A DNA stretch of 64,000 nucleotides from Podarcis filfolensis (Eukaryota), in NCBI GenBank assembly GCA_964270895.1, contig OZ185437.1; one strand, 5' to 3'. Positions 53,691 to 64,000 of the stretch are shown piece by piece (the stretch's first letter is position 1; each line of letters opens with the position of its first letter). The position numbers were made by a program, and so were the translations under genes. The notes under the pieces are model-generated. The model made no database searches and was not told the DNA's origin. It was given only the letters and a program-made list of their open reading frames with translations.

Positions 53691-55802
53691 TGCAGTAACC
53701 ACAATACACCATTCTTCCACAGCAGGAAGAATGTGAAAGAAGTAAAAGTGTAGTGAGAACATGCTTCTTCCCCCAAGTGTTTGGGGATATATGTCTCTGC
53801 TTCAAATGCCATGTTTAATGTGGCACACTTCCTGTGAAGGTCATTGGTTGAGTATTGGCTCCACCTGGTGGTTGAAGGTGGGAACAGAACTTGTGGGAAG
53901 TAGGCAGCTCCTAGTTGATTCTTGCCTTCATCAAAGTAGTCACATTGCTTTTGAGCTCCTGTTCTTTCTCTTCTCAGGTTTTCTAAATTCCACTTTTTCT
54001 TCTTTGTTCCAGTGTTTGCCTTCCTCTTCACTGTTTCTAAGCCATCCCATTCTCCCTTCAGTATACCAGGGCAGTATGGTTGTCACTCCTAACCTTTTCT
54101 CCTCTTCATGACTGCTCCAGCACTTTCTTCTCTCAGCCTGTCTCTTGTCACTTGAGCCCGTCTTTCTTGGCTGTTTTCTACATTCTTTGCTGCCTGCATC
54201 TCTCCCATAAATAGAACCCCTTTGCCTTGCCTTTTTTCTCTCTCCTGATTTCACCAGTAACTGCTTCAGTGGAGGATGGAGGCAGGTTTGTTGGTATTTG
54301 AACCTCGGCAATTCTTCTTAGCTGTTTTGGACCACTGCACCTTCTGGTTTGGTGTGTGCTATGTATCCATGCCCCAGCATTCTGGCTTTCTGAAGAGTAG
54401 GGATGGCAGTCAGTGTGCTCTCTGGTGGCAATAGCCACGCCTCCTGCCCAAACTCAGCCTTTGAATAAACTTAAAGTGCCTGCTAAGGCAGCTTTTCCTT
54501 CTTCCTCTAAATGTAAGACCTTTGCTCGGCATTTGCCTCATAAACAAGCACTAAGCATCTCATAGGCAGCCCTTATCCATGGAAAGGGATGAATCCATTT
54601 ATTATATCTGTGGACATTCTGGACCCTTAACAACATTTGCCTTCACCATTGCCTGGGCCTGATGGGTTTTATCTCTCATGACTCCCACTATGTGCCTTTG
54701 CTCTGCAATGGCCTTAGACTTCATTGCCCTCCTGCAGAACCTACCTCAGCACCATTTAAGGGGGCATCTGTTCTTGTTGAACCAAATTCCTTTACAAAGT
54801 CCATACCATTTCCTTCTACGTTTAAAAAAAATCCTGAAGGCAGAGAGGGACTCTGCCTCCTTGTAGCATAAAAATATGTTTCATAGTTAATTAATACTAT
54901 AGTTTAGAGCCTATTAGTAGAGGTTCAGTAAACTGCTGTCTCCTTGGGCCTGGGCTTATTGTACACCGTTCCTTGATTTCTGTTCTTACCTGGGTCCTTC
55001 ATAAAATCAGGGAGGAAAAGCCACAGTGGTCCTTTTAGCTTCCTTCTGGCCTTGACATCTGTGGCCGTTGGAGATCCTGATCATGGCAGTATCTCCATGG
55101 CACCCTCTTGCTGTCTGGATGTCTGAACTGCCTACTTCTCACAAGTTCTGTTCCTGCCTTTGACCATCAGAGATGGAACCAATATTCAACCAATAACATT
55201 CATCAGGCACTGAAGATCTGCTCTTCTGGTAGTAACCAATGGAACTTTTTGTGTACTTATATGCAATTATGAATTACTATAATAGCCACATGGAACACTG
55301 CAAATGTTTCAGATATAAACTGCAATATTCCATGAATTACCACTTCGTAATGGTTGTAAAACTATTTATGGCTGTTGAATAAGCAGCACTTCTGGCTCTT
55401 CCTACCTACCTTTCCTGGTAGTTCCATATTGAAGATGGTTAAATAATTGTAGTTGTATTAAAAGAATAAGTACAAGTAAGTCTGGCTATTTTATAATGTT
55501 ACTAATATATTCTCTTAAATGAAACAGTTAAACAGCTGAGTAGGGATAGGTTTGTTTTGTCATTAAATTGTTAGTAGTATTAATGGGAAATTTTATAAAT
55601 ATTACGTAAGACAACAAGTAAATTATATTACACTGTGTGAATTCTGGCACATGCATGATTTGTTGTATTTCAGTTGGTGTCTAACAATTTCCCACAAATA
55701 CATTGTTTGCTTGGGTCTTAAAGTTTTTCTGCAGATTTTTTTTCTTTCTCCAAATATACTGTGTTGGTGTTTTTGTCTTTCCTTTCTCATTGCTTCAATA
55801 AG

Positions 55803-55886
55803 GCATGCTGGCTGTGGCTTCTTGCATGTGTGGCCTCTCTAACTTATATTCAGAGTCTGTGAAAAAACTTCGCACCTCTTATATAA
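55803..55886 (+). CDS. STXBP5: Putative STXBP5 alternative cassette exon, 84 nt: (G)MLAVASCMCGLSNLYSESVKKLRTSYI(T)
   Basis: Strong pyrimidine tract gtttttgtctttcctttctcattgcttcaataag, donor ATAA|gtaagt; phase 1 to 1, stop-free, length divisible by 3; resembles the recalled STXBP5L exon peptide DNFCMRGLSNFYPDLTKRIRTSYQ. Confidence 0.75.
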
Positions 55887-57129
55887 GTAAGTCATCTCAT
55901 AAGAATAAAGTGTTTTAACATCCAGTTGATTAGGTTATATGCATTCATCACCCTGAATATTTTACCATAGCCTTTACTTTTCAGCTTCTTTCACTAACAT
56001 ATCGGCAGAGATTAATTATATATTAATATAATTATAGACTGTTACCTGAGATACTATCAATATGGAATATTGGGTACAATAAGATCCAGATTACATCCTT
56101 CATCTATTTTGCAAGCAACAGTAAAAAAGTGGCATTAGTAGATAATAGAATACAAGTCACAAATGTGCAGTAGTGCCCACAAATGTGCACAAATGCGTGC
56201 AGTGGTGTCCACAAAGACCTTCATTGGTGCCCTTGGACAAAGGACCAAGACTCTGAACTTTCCTTTTTATTTTTAATAAAAAAGTAAATCTCTAACCCTC
56301 CTGGAAAGAAAGTTATGAAGCAAAAATGTATGGGTACCCTTCTAAGCAATTTCTGTGAAATGAGCTAGCCTGGCTGCCTCTGTCAGTGCTTTTTAGCCAG
56401 CGAGTGAAGTCAGAGCTGTGATTGTTGAGTGTGTTGTATGGACACCAGACAATATTAGCATTGGTATTACAGTTAATTTATTAATCACCTTCTAAACCAC
56501 TGTGATTTACAAGGTGATTATAAAATAATTTAAAATGGTTAAAAACACAAAAACAAATCAATTTAAAGCAAACCTAAAACTTGTTATAAAGACCCATTTA
56601 TCCAGCTGGGAAAGCCTTCTGTTTCTCCTTTCCAATTAGTGCATTTTTCCTGCTTGTCTTATTTGCTAGTAGTCCCTGGAGTCTCCGAAGTTTATCCTTC
56701 CTTTTTCCCTAGTGACCAGGATGCATCTTTCTTGTGGTGGGTTCTCCTGAGATCAGATACTGCCTAGAATTTATTTTCTGCAAATACTTCTACACAATGT
56801 GTGGGTGAATTTTAAAGCATCCCCTCCCTAAATGGCAAAATTCAAAACGTGAACTTTGCGAAAGAGGCTTAGGCGTGTCTCCTGCTGTGCTGGACTTAAA
56901 GCCAGGCACTCATTAAGAATTCACTGTATAGTTAAATTATGATACAATATTATAGAGGTCGCACGTTTCAGTCAAGTAAAAGTGACCTTAACTGTTCTTG
57001 GGGTGCAAGTGCAGACATGTCTGAACTACAAAGGTGTAATTGCAAATGGCAGGGTAGAAGATGACCCAATAGGGTGTGTACTGGCCCCAGTATTGTACTG
57101 TGCATTTCTTAAAATTTCTATCTCTGTGT

Positions 57130-57930
57130 GTTGGTCTGTGGTCTCTGGATTAATCTGTAATTCAGGTTTTGAGCAGCTCTGTAAAAGGAAGTTCTCTGTT
57201 CTCTCTTCGCTATGGAAGGTAATGGAGGGCAATGCAATTCATTGGTTCTGTTCCTGCTCCTAGGGCTGTTTCCAGAGAGTAGTTTGGGGAGGACCATTGT
57301 TTGGCACCATGGGAGTGGAGCTGTAGGCTTCATCTTGTCCTCCATGCAATGTAACATCTATCTGAAAATGCTGGGAGCTCTCATCAGGGGTTTTGATGTG
57401 AGGTGTCACCAATATGTGGGTGCTAGACCAATGCTTGGAGGCAATAATGGGTGGGATGTGGCCCAATAAGTTGAAGGTGAATCCTGAAAACACAGGTATT
57501 ATGTGTTCTAAGTTGTTGAGTCCAGGACGTGGGGGCATGGTGTGTTCTGCACAGCTTGGGAGGGGAGGATAGTCCAGGATCCAGTATTGTCATTTGAGGC
57601 TCAGTTGGCCTTGATGCTTAGATATACCTCTTTCCAGCTTTTGACTGGTTTACAGCTCTAGCCTCTTATGAACTGAGATGGCATGATCATCATACTCCAT
57701 CCACCGATAACTTCCAGGCTGGATTATTGCAATGCACTCTATGTGGAGCTGCCTTTGAAGATGACTTGGAAACTGCAACTGGTCCAAAATACAATAGCCA
57801 GGTTACTGGTTGGATTTCATTTAGAACACAGCTCTTTACTCTGGCCTTTGATACCTGAAATACATATTTTAGATGTAATCTGTTTTAATTGTTTTTAACA
57901 ACGGCCTTATGGTGAATGGTGTATAATAAT
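57130..57930 (+). mobile_element. Decayed L2 LINE ORF2 fragment
   Basis: Peptides GFILSSMQCNIYLKMLGALIRGFDVRCHQYV and TSRLDYCNALYVELPLKMTWKLQLVQNTIARLL. Confidence 0.8.
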
Positions 57931-58101
57931 AACTAATATTATAATAGAAAATCTAAAAATGGAAATAACCCTTTCCACTTTTGGCCAAAGTGGATATGAT
58001 TTACAGGCACAGGAGCCCATCTGGATTTAAGGCTGCCAAACTACAAACAAATGGTTGGCTTTTTTGTGGGGGAAATTAAAAGGTTTTACTTTTCTCTGTA
58101 T

Positions 58102-58455
58102 GGGACGCGGGTGGCGCTGTGGGTTAAACCACAGAGCCTAGGGGTTGCCGATCAGAAGGTTTGCAGTTTGAATCCCTGCAGCGGGGTGAGCTCCCGTTGC
58201 TCGGTCCCTGCTCCTGCCAACCTAGCAGTTCGAAAGCATCTCAAAGTGCAAGTAGATAAATAGGTACCGCTCCAGCGGGAAGGTAAATGGTGTTTCTGTG
58301 CGCTGCTCTGGTTTGCCAGAAGTGGCTTAGTCATGCTGGCCACATGACCCGGAAGCTGTACGCCGGCTCCCTCGGCCAATAAAGCGAGATGATCGCCGCA
58401 ACCCCAGAGTCGGCCACGACTGGACCTAATGGTCAGGGGTCCTTTTACCTTTCCC
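58102..58455 (+). mobile_element. Sauria/Squam1-type SINE, copy 3 (full length)
   Basis: 15-bp TSD ttacttttctctgta at 58086-58100 and 58456-58470; A-box-like tggcgctgtgg, B-box-like gtttgaatccc; tail cttttacctttccc. Confidence 0.93.
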
Positions 58456-58746
58456 TTACTTTTCTCTGTAATCCATATTAGGGTGGTACCTTTATTAGGC
58501 CATTTAAAACTCCCAGATCCATACATTTAACATTTTGGGGGGAATGGGAGCAATGGCCTGGCTCTTTGTCAGGAATACTTTTGCTTCTCTTTTTTTCGCC
58601 ACACCAACTTTTCCAATGCTTGTGTGTATCCTCTCATAGGTTTTACAGATCTCTGATAGGTCTTCCAGCATGAGGCTGCCTAGCTGCCTGTAGAGTTCTG
58701 AAGAGTTCTAGATATTAAAGTAGAATAATGTAGTTTTATTTATAAC

Positions 58747-58748
<2 letters not shown>

Positions 58749-58794
<46 letters not shown>

Positions 58795-58815
58795 TGTGTG
58801 TGTGTGTGTGTGTGT
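58749..58815. repeat. Compound (AC)22(TG)11 self-complementary microsatellite
   Basis: Read directly. Confidence 0.9.
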
Positions 58816-59807
58816 TAAGAAAGCCTTCACTCCTGTGATTTTACAAAGAAAATCAAGAGCTCTTCAGTGCCTAGCAAGCAACATTATGGACAGCCTTGTT
58901 TATTGCAAAGCCCATGGACCTAGAGAAACCTAGAACTATAAGATAACAAACAACAGATTGACATGAGGCTTTGTGAGGCTTTGTACTTCTGCCTTTCAGT
59001 GTCACCTTTACACTTCAACACCTTTCATAACAGCATCTCCTTCCAAAGCAGCCCAAGTATTTCATCATCTGTAGTGATGCCTGTTGTTGCTACTTCGGTT
59101 TTGTAGTGGATACAGTGCTTTTTTTATCCTTATCAATGGTCTAGATGCCAAAATCACATGTTGACTGTCACTTTGATTGAGCAAGGGTTCCAAACAACCA
59201 CCACAGTCCTGGATTTTTCACCACCATGGTGTTTTCTGAAATTAGTGGTTTCTTGGGCCTAGAAGGGCACAGATTATCAAATAGATCAATATATTTGAAG
59301 TACGTATTTTTAGGCCTTTCATCAAAATTTGATCTGTTTTGACGACACTGGTAGGCAAATACTTAAACATGTTAAATATTACTAATTCTAGCTTGCTTTT
59401 TATAGTCTATGGTGGTTTTTAAATGTAATCTATTTGTCCTTACATGTTCATTCTTATATTCAACTTGGTTACCTTTCTTTGTAATATACTTGTTTACAGT
59501 ACAGGTAATTTTGCATTAATCACATATATTACATAGAAAAATCACATTGAAAAATGGCTTTCATGCACATCTATACCAACTCCCCTTTTCCCTGAATCTT
59601 CATAATCATCCTGTTCCCCAAAGAAGAAACACTGATACTTTGAACAGCAAAACACGTTTGTCAAAACTCTTAGTTAAAAATATAATTAAGTATCGGATTT
59701 GATTGTTTCCCCACTGGGCACAAAAGTACCTTATGTGTAATGTTTGTGTCAAGAATTAAAAGTGGTCCATAGCTGTTGAAACCTGTTGTGTTCTTTGTAT
59801 TTTACAG

Positions 59808-59873
59808 CAGGTCTTTGTGATATTAATGAAGGTACAGCTGTACAAGAGGATCGTTGCAAGTCACCCACCTCAG
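59808..59873 (+). CDS. STXBP5: STXBP5 exon (~19), 66 nt: (A)GLCDINEGTAVQEDRCKSPTS
   Basis: Acceptor tttacag|cag (NAGNAG), donor CAG|gtaatg; phase 1 to 1; matches human AGLCDISEGTVVPEDRCKSPTS. Confidence 0.94.
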
Positions 59874-61837
59874 GTAATGAACTGTTCTTGGAAACGCTTT
59901 AGAACAAATAGTACTTCAAAACACCTTGTAGCAGGCTTCTCTTCTCTTTTGTTTTCATGCTCCAGAAGGATTTTTACTATGCCACTGAACTTTACAGTGG
60001 TTTTCTCAAATATACACAATTCAGACAAGTACATACAGCTGAATACTTGGTCTGCCTCAAAGCCATTCTTATATATTTGTCATTATTTGTTATTTACAGT
60101 GTTTAGAATGCATTACTATAGGAAATACTATATTATAAGGGGAATGTGTTTTATGTCTCTTGGGCTATCTGTTTCAAGAAGAGATTATTCACAGTAGAAA
60201 TGTGTTCTAACTCCTACTCTCATCACGATCTTTTATTTGTAGGAGCTTTCGTTGTTCTTTGCCAGAGGTAATTTAAGTGGGAAAAGGTCATCCCACTTTT
60301 GTCACTTCTGCTGCTGTTATAGTAAAATTAACCAACAGGGTGGAAAGTATACTGTATAATAATAGGAAGCAAGGAGTGAGTAGCGATTTCATTAAACTTT
60401 AGAATCTTTATTTCAGATAAGCAATTTGGCAAGTTGTTATATTTTTCTTAAATAGGAGTTGAGACTTTTTCAGTGGATTAGATTTTAATTGGACCTAGCA
60501 AAAAAACTCCTCCCTCTGTTTCCCTGTCTGCTTTTTCAGCGGCAGCAAAATCATCATCATCACAGAATCCAGGGAGCAAGCGGGGGGAGGGGGGGCTTAC
60601 AGTGTGACCACAGGAGGGTGAACAGGGGCTTTTTGTGTACAGTAAGCCTGCAACTTAACACACATTTAACTTGTGCAGATTCAGCTTTATGTGCATGGCA
60701 GATTTATTGATTGATTCTTAAAAAGCAGGCAGGGTTCTGGGGAAAATGACTCTGGCAATCCCACCCACCATTGGATTTTGAGTAGACACAATTTTGCCTT
60801 TAGGTGTGATCCCTCGATTGAGCCATTTTTTTAATCATGTGTATTAATTTGCTGAACCCAATCATGAATCTGACTTGGGTAGGGAGGAGAGTGCCTCCCA
60901 TCACTGGAAGAGAATGAACGTAATATTCCCAAGGAATTCAGCAAGTATTCTTATTGAAAGTAGTAGTTCCTGATATCATTTGTATCATTAATGTTGGTAT
61001 GCATAGAGAAGGGAGGGAAGGTTTTTTATATTCTTAGTTAAAATGTAATAAATATATGCATGCAGAAAACTATTTACAAAATTCATTTTTACAGGTAAAC
61101 AAAGGATGTTATTTCCAATTAGTTTTTAAAGTAATTAATAGCAAAACAACCACACTTCAAATCTTTTCTCTTTTGGATTGAAATACAGAGAATTGGCAAA
61201 AGTAGCTGTATTTTCATTTGTTATCACAGAGATAAGTGCACTGGAACACACTTTAGACCTAAATGAAGCTATTTCTTCTGAATTATTTTGGCAATATTGA
61301 TAATACAAAAATTGGCATTTAAAATGTGAACTAGAATCCCTGCTATTATTATCATGTGAATATTTTTGTTAATCTGAACACAATCAACCTTTCCAGACTG
61401 TTTTGTTTCCTGTTTCCCAATTCCCATCAGAAAATATGTATCTTCTATGCTTTCCTTTGGTTGTGTGGTCTCACCTGTACTAGAAAATTGTAGCACCAGC
61501 ATAAGTTCGAAAAATTAAAGCTGTGTATGATGAAAGTGAAACATGGAAGACGCAAAAGTTATCTGTCTCAAATGTAGATGTCCTTATGCAAATTCTAAGG
61601 GCATAAAGCAGGAGATATAGGTGAATACTCCCTCTTTTTTTGCAGGAAAAAAGCCTGAAATAAATCATCCATAATACCCAAAGAGGTGTTTATTTAGGGG
61701 TTTATTGTTGCATATGATATGGATTAGGATATATAGTCTTTCTCATTTTGTCATCTGTCGTAATTTTTTTGTATGCATCCTTTTTTTGTTAATATCCATT
61801 TCGTATGTCCCTTTCATTCTTATCTTCACTCATTTAG

Positions 61838-61897
61838 GTTCTGGTTCTCCCAACAATTCTGATGATGATCAAAAAATGAATAATTTTATAGAAAAGG
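61838..61897 (+). CDS. STXBP5: STXBP5 HVR alternative exon (~20), 60 nt: (G)SGSPNNSDDDQKMNNFIEK
   Basis: Acceptor cactcatttag, donor AAGG|gtatag; phase 1 to 1; matches human GSSSPHNSDDEQKMNNFIEK. Confidence 0.92.
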
Positions 61898-61991
61898 GTA
61901 TAGTATTTTTATTTTTAAGAGAATTATCATAAATTTTCATTAGCTCATATTTTTAGTAAATTGACATTTTGTATTGAAATATTATTTGCAG

Positions 61992-62039
61992 TGAAGACCA
62001 AAAGCAGAAAGTTTTCCAAGATGGTAGCCAATGATATAG
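61992..62039 (+). CDS. STXBP5: STXBP5 HVR alternative exon (~21), 48 nt: (V)KTKSRKFSKMVANDI
   Basis: Follows a 94-nt intron; acceptor tatttgcag, donor ATAG|gtagga; phase 1 to 1; matches human VKTKSRKFSKMVANDI. Confidence 0.92.
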
Positions 62040-64000
62040 GTAGGAACTAGAAAAATTCTCCTTTGCTCCTTACCTGGGACCTTATTCTATGCAGCGCTTA
62101 ACTCTGCAGCAAAACAAAGCAAGCTGCATTATATTTGTTAAATTAATATTCTCCTAACCATAAGTGGTGTTCCTTTGGGCTGCTTCTCTGCTAATATACT
62201 GTGCTCAATTATTAACACAATCCAAGAGACTGGGCTCTTAATTTTCTCTAATTGTATATGCACATCCTTCTACAAAGGTTTTGGTTTCTATTCAGAAATA
62301 CTGAAAGGGTTCAATCCTGTAAGCATTGCCGTATAAAATGGTTTTAACATAGGTTCTCAAAATGTTAACGCTAATTCTGAAATGCATGAACAATGGTTTT
62401 AGCTTCTTGGCAATAAAGTACATAACATTTTAATTCATGTATTTCAGCAATAAGTGTATTCTCTCTGAATCCTTGTTGCTAACTGATCTTTGATCACCGA
62501 CAATTAAATTGCAAATTACTTATCAAGTTTGCAGTACATGCATAAGGTGGATTGAACCCTTCTGTTGTAAGAGCATAAGAAATAACCTTATTGCTTGGAT
62601 ATGGTTGTTCTGCTTTTTATTTTAGAGTATATCTGTTAAACCTATTGGTCATCTGTTTGAATGGAAATTAAATTACTTAGCAGACTTTCTCCCATTTATC
62701 ATTATTTCTATCTAATTGTTTACTTGCAGTGAGATTTTACTAATTATGTGTAACAATATATATTTCACTGTAACCACAGTGGCTTATCTCTCTTCTAAAT
62801 TTGCATATTTACAGCATGTTGTCTAATGGTTATTTTCTTGATCATGTTTCTTTAATATCTTCAGTTTATCACAACGTTCGGTGTCAAAGGGAATTTTATA
62901 GATTTAGTTTTAATGTGTTGAAACAATCAACATATCTGTTAATCTGCAAGTTGTGTGCAAGTCACTACAAATTAAGTGCTTCTCTACCATTGTTACTCTT
63001 CCTGTGTCAACAGGACTGGCTTCTAGGATACTGTGATGCCCAGTCTATGTGCTGCTTTCATTCAAATGTCAAGCAATGAGGTATCCAGCCACAAAGAAGT
63101 CACAGCCATGCTGCTCTAGTATGGTTGGGAAATAAAACCAGAAGCTTCTCAAATTAAGGAAGATTCTACTTGCTGTCTTTTGGCTTGACTTAGTAGCAGA
63201 GTAAAAAGGAAATGATGGGGAGATTCGCTCTCACAAAAACTGTCACCCACAAGCAGTTCTATGATTAACTAACCAACTAGCCTGTGTGGCATGGTGCATA
63301 AGTGCCTGTAAAAAGAATCCTAGAAGATGCCACAAATTTATTGATGGGTGCTAGATATGCTAGTCAAAAGTATTAGGTTCATTTTCAGAGACAAACTCTG
63401 GATGGAGATGGATGTTGCCATCATGCCACTAGTTCTCCAGCTGTATTACTTCATGATATGCATGACACACCTGTATGCAGCACCAGTTACCTCCAGGTAA
63501 AAATCTGCTGCTTTGCCATTGTGTGCAGTCAAAAGAGAAAAAGAAATAACGAAGAAGAGAGAGAAACTGAAGGTTTTGCCTCACAACTCCACCAGCACCC
63601 AGGGACACATGAGTGGTATTGGTTGGTCTGCTGCATTAAATGGCAGTCAAAGGTTGATTGATACTGGCAAGAAAAGATTACTTCCTTCCTCTCTCCGCTT
63701 GAGATGCTAGCCTATCTCTTACCAGTCAAGGTGTATGTGCATACAGTATCCATATGGCACATGTGCCTTACCAAACATCCTATCACCGTGAGATAGTGGC
63801 AAAGCTAAATCCAAGGAAGAGCAACCTGTAGTTCAGACTCTGCTCTAATTGTGGCATGAAGGTTAGAACAATGTGAGCATTTTATCTGCAAAGTGACTAG
63901 TGAAAATGTCTGACTTGGTTACAGAAGATTCTACCTTCTGGATGAATGAGGGAACAGAAGACCATTGACCTCTGGAATAAATCCACCATAAGGCTCTGCA

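Larger units (their letters stand above)
514..62039 (+). other. STXBP5: STXBP5 (tomosyn-1) gene, internal portion; the gene extends beyond both window ends
   Basis: 18 exons with compatible phases join into an uninterrupted frame closely matching recalled tomosyn-1 (e.g. HPGPVVHISDNPMDEGK, YDTVGRRPCLTVMHGKSTAVLEMDYSIVDF, PRSPRKSRQPSG, CKSPTS). These residues distinguish it from STXBP5L. Confidence 0.97.

Noticed and set aside
53940-54438. Purine-rich minus-strand ORFs rich in K/R/E
   Set aside because: Compositional artefact of CT-rich low-complexity or old repeat DNA; no domain recognised.
55528-55549. Possible microexon after tactaat...gaaacag, with donor ag|gtttgt
   Set aside because: Lengths of 22 or 14 nt are not frame-preserving and the donor is weak.
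58102-58180. tRNA-like A and B boxes
   Set aside because: They are the head of a tRNA-derived SINE; no complete cloverleaf is evident.
59500-59504. tttacag|TACAG|gtaatt as a 5-nt microexon or recursive splice site; also acag|gtaaac at 61094
   Set aside because: 5 nt would shift the frame, the pyrimidine tracts are modest, and recursive splicing is typical of much longer introns.
60692-62388. Cluster of TGCATG (RBFOX) motifs at 60692, 61057 and 62383 as a stand-alone finding
   Set aside because: TGCATG also occurs repeatedly in introns flanking constitutive exons in this window, so enrichment cannot be claimed without a count against background.
1-64000. CRISPR arrays, prokaryotic defence systems, rRNA or snoRNA genes
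   Set aside because: This is eukaryotic intron-rich DNA. No regularly spaced repeat-spacer array and no recognisable structured RNA gene was seen; a covariance-model search (Infernal/Rfam) would be needed to exclude intronic snoRNAs or miRNAs.

Overview
Vertebrate genomic DNA, most likely from a lacertid-type lizard (inferred from Sauria/Squam1-type SINEs, BovB and squamate L2/CR1/MITE families). The whole window lies inside one + strand gene, STXBP5 (tomosyn-1). I mapped 18 GT-AG exons (about exons 4-21 by human numbering, recalled from memory) that splice in frame into 1924 nt of coding sequence: most of the two WD40 propellers plus the start of the hypervariable region (HVR). Neither the start nor the stop codon is in the window. 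The introns hold many transposon relics; most ORFs in the supplied track are TE remnants, exon read-throughs or chance ORFs. Best leads: (1) an 84-nt frame-preserving cassette exon (55803-55886) absent from the canonical tomosyn-1 I know but resembling the tomosyn-2 (STXBP5L) alternative exon; (2) a 102-nt stop-containing exon candidate in the HVR (60540-60641); (3) a 1.13-kb apparently complete non-autonomous L1-like retroposon with an 18-bp TSD and CTCF plus YY1 motifs at its 5' end; (4) a 273-bp bipartite BovB derivative with a 12-bp TSD, similar in design to ruminant Bov-A. No CRISPR, rRNA or true tRNA genes were seen. All homology calls come from recalled sequences, not from database searches.
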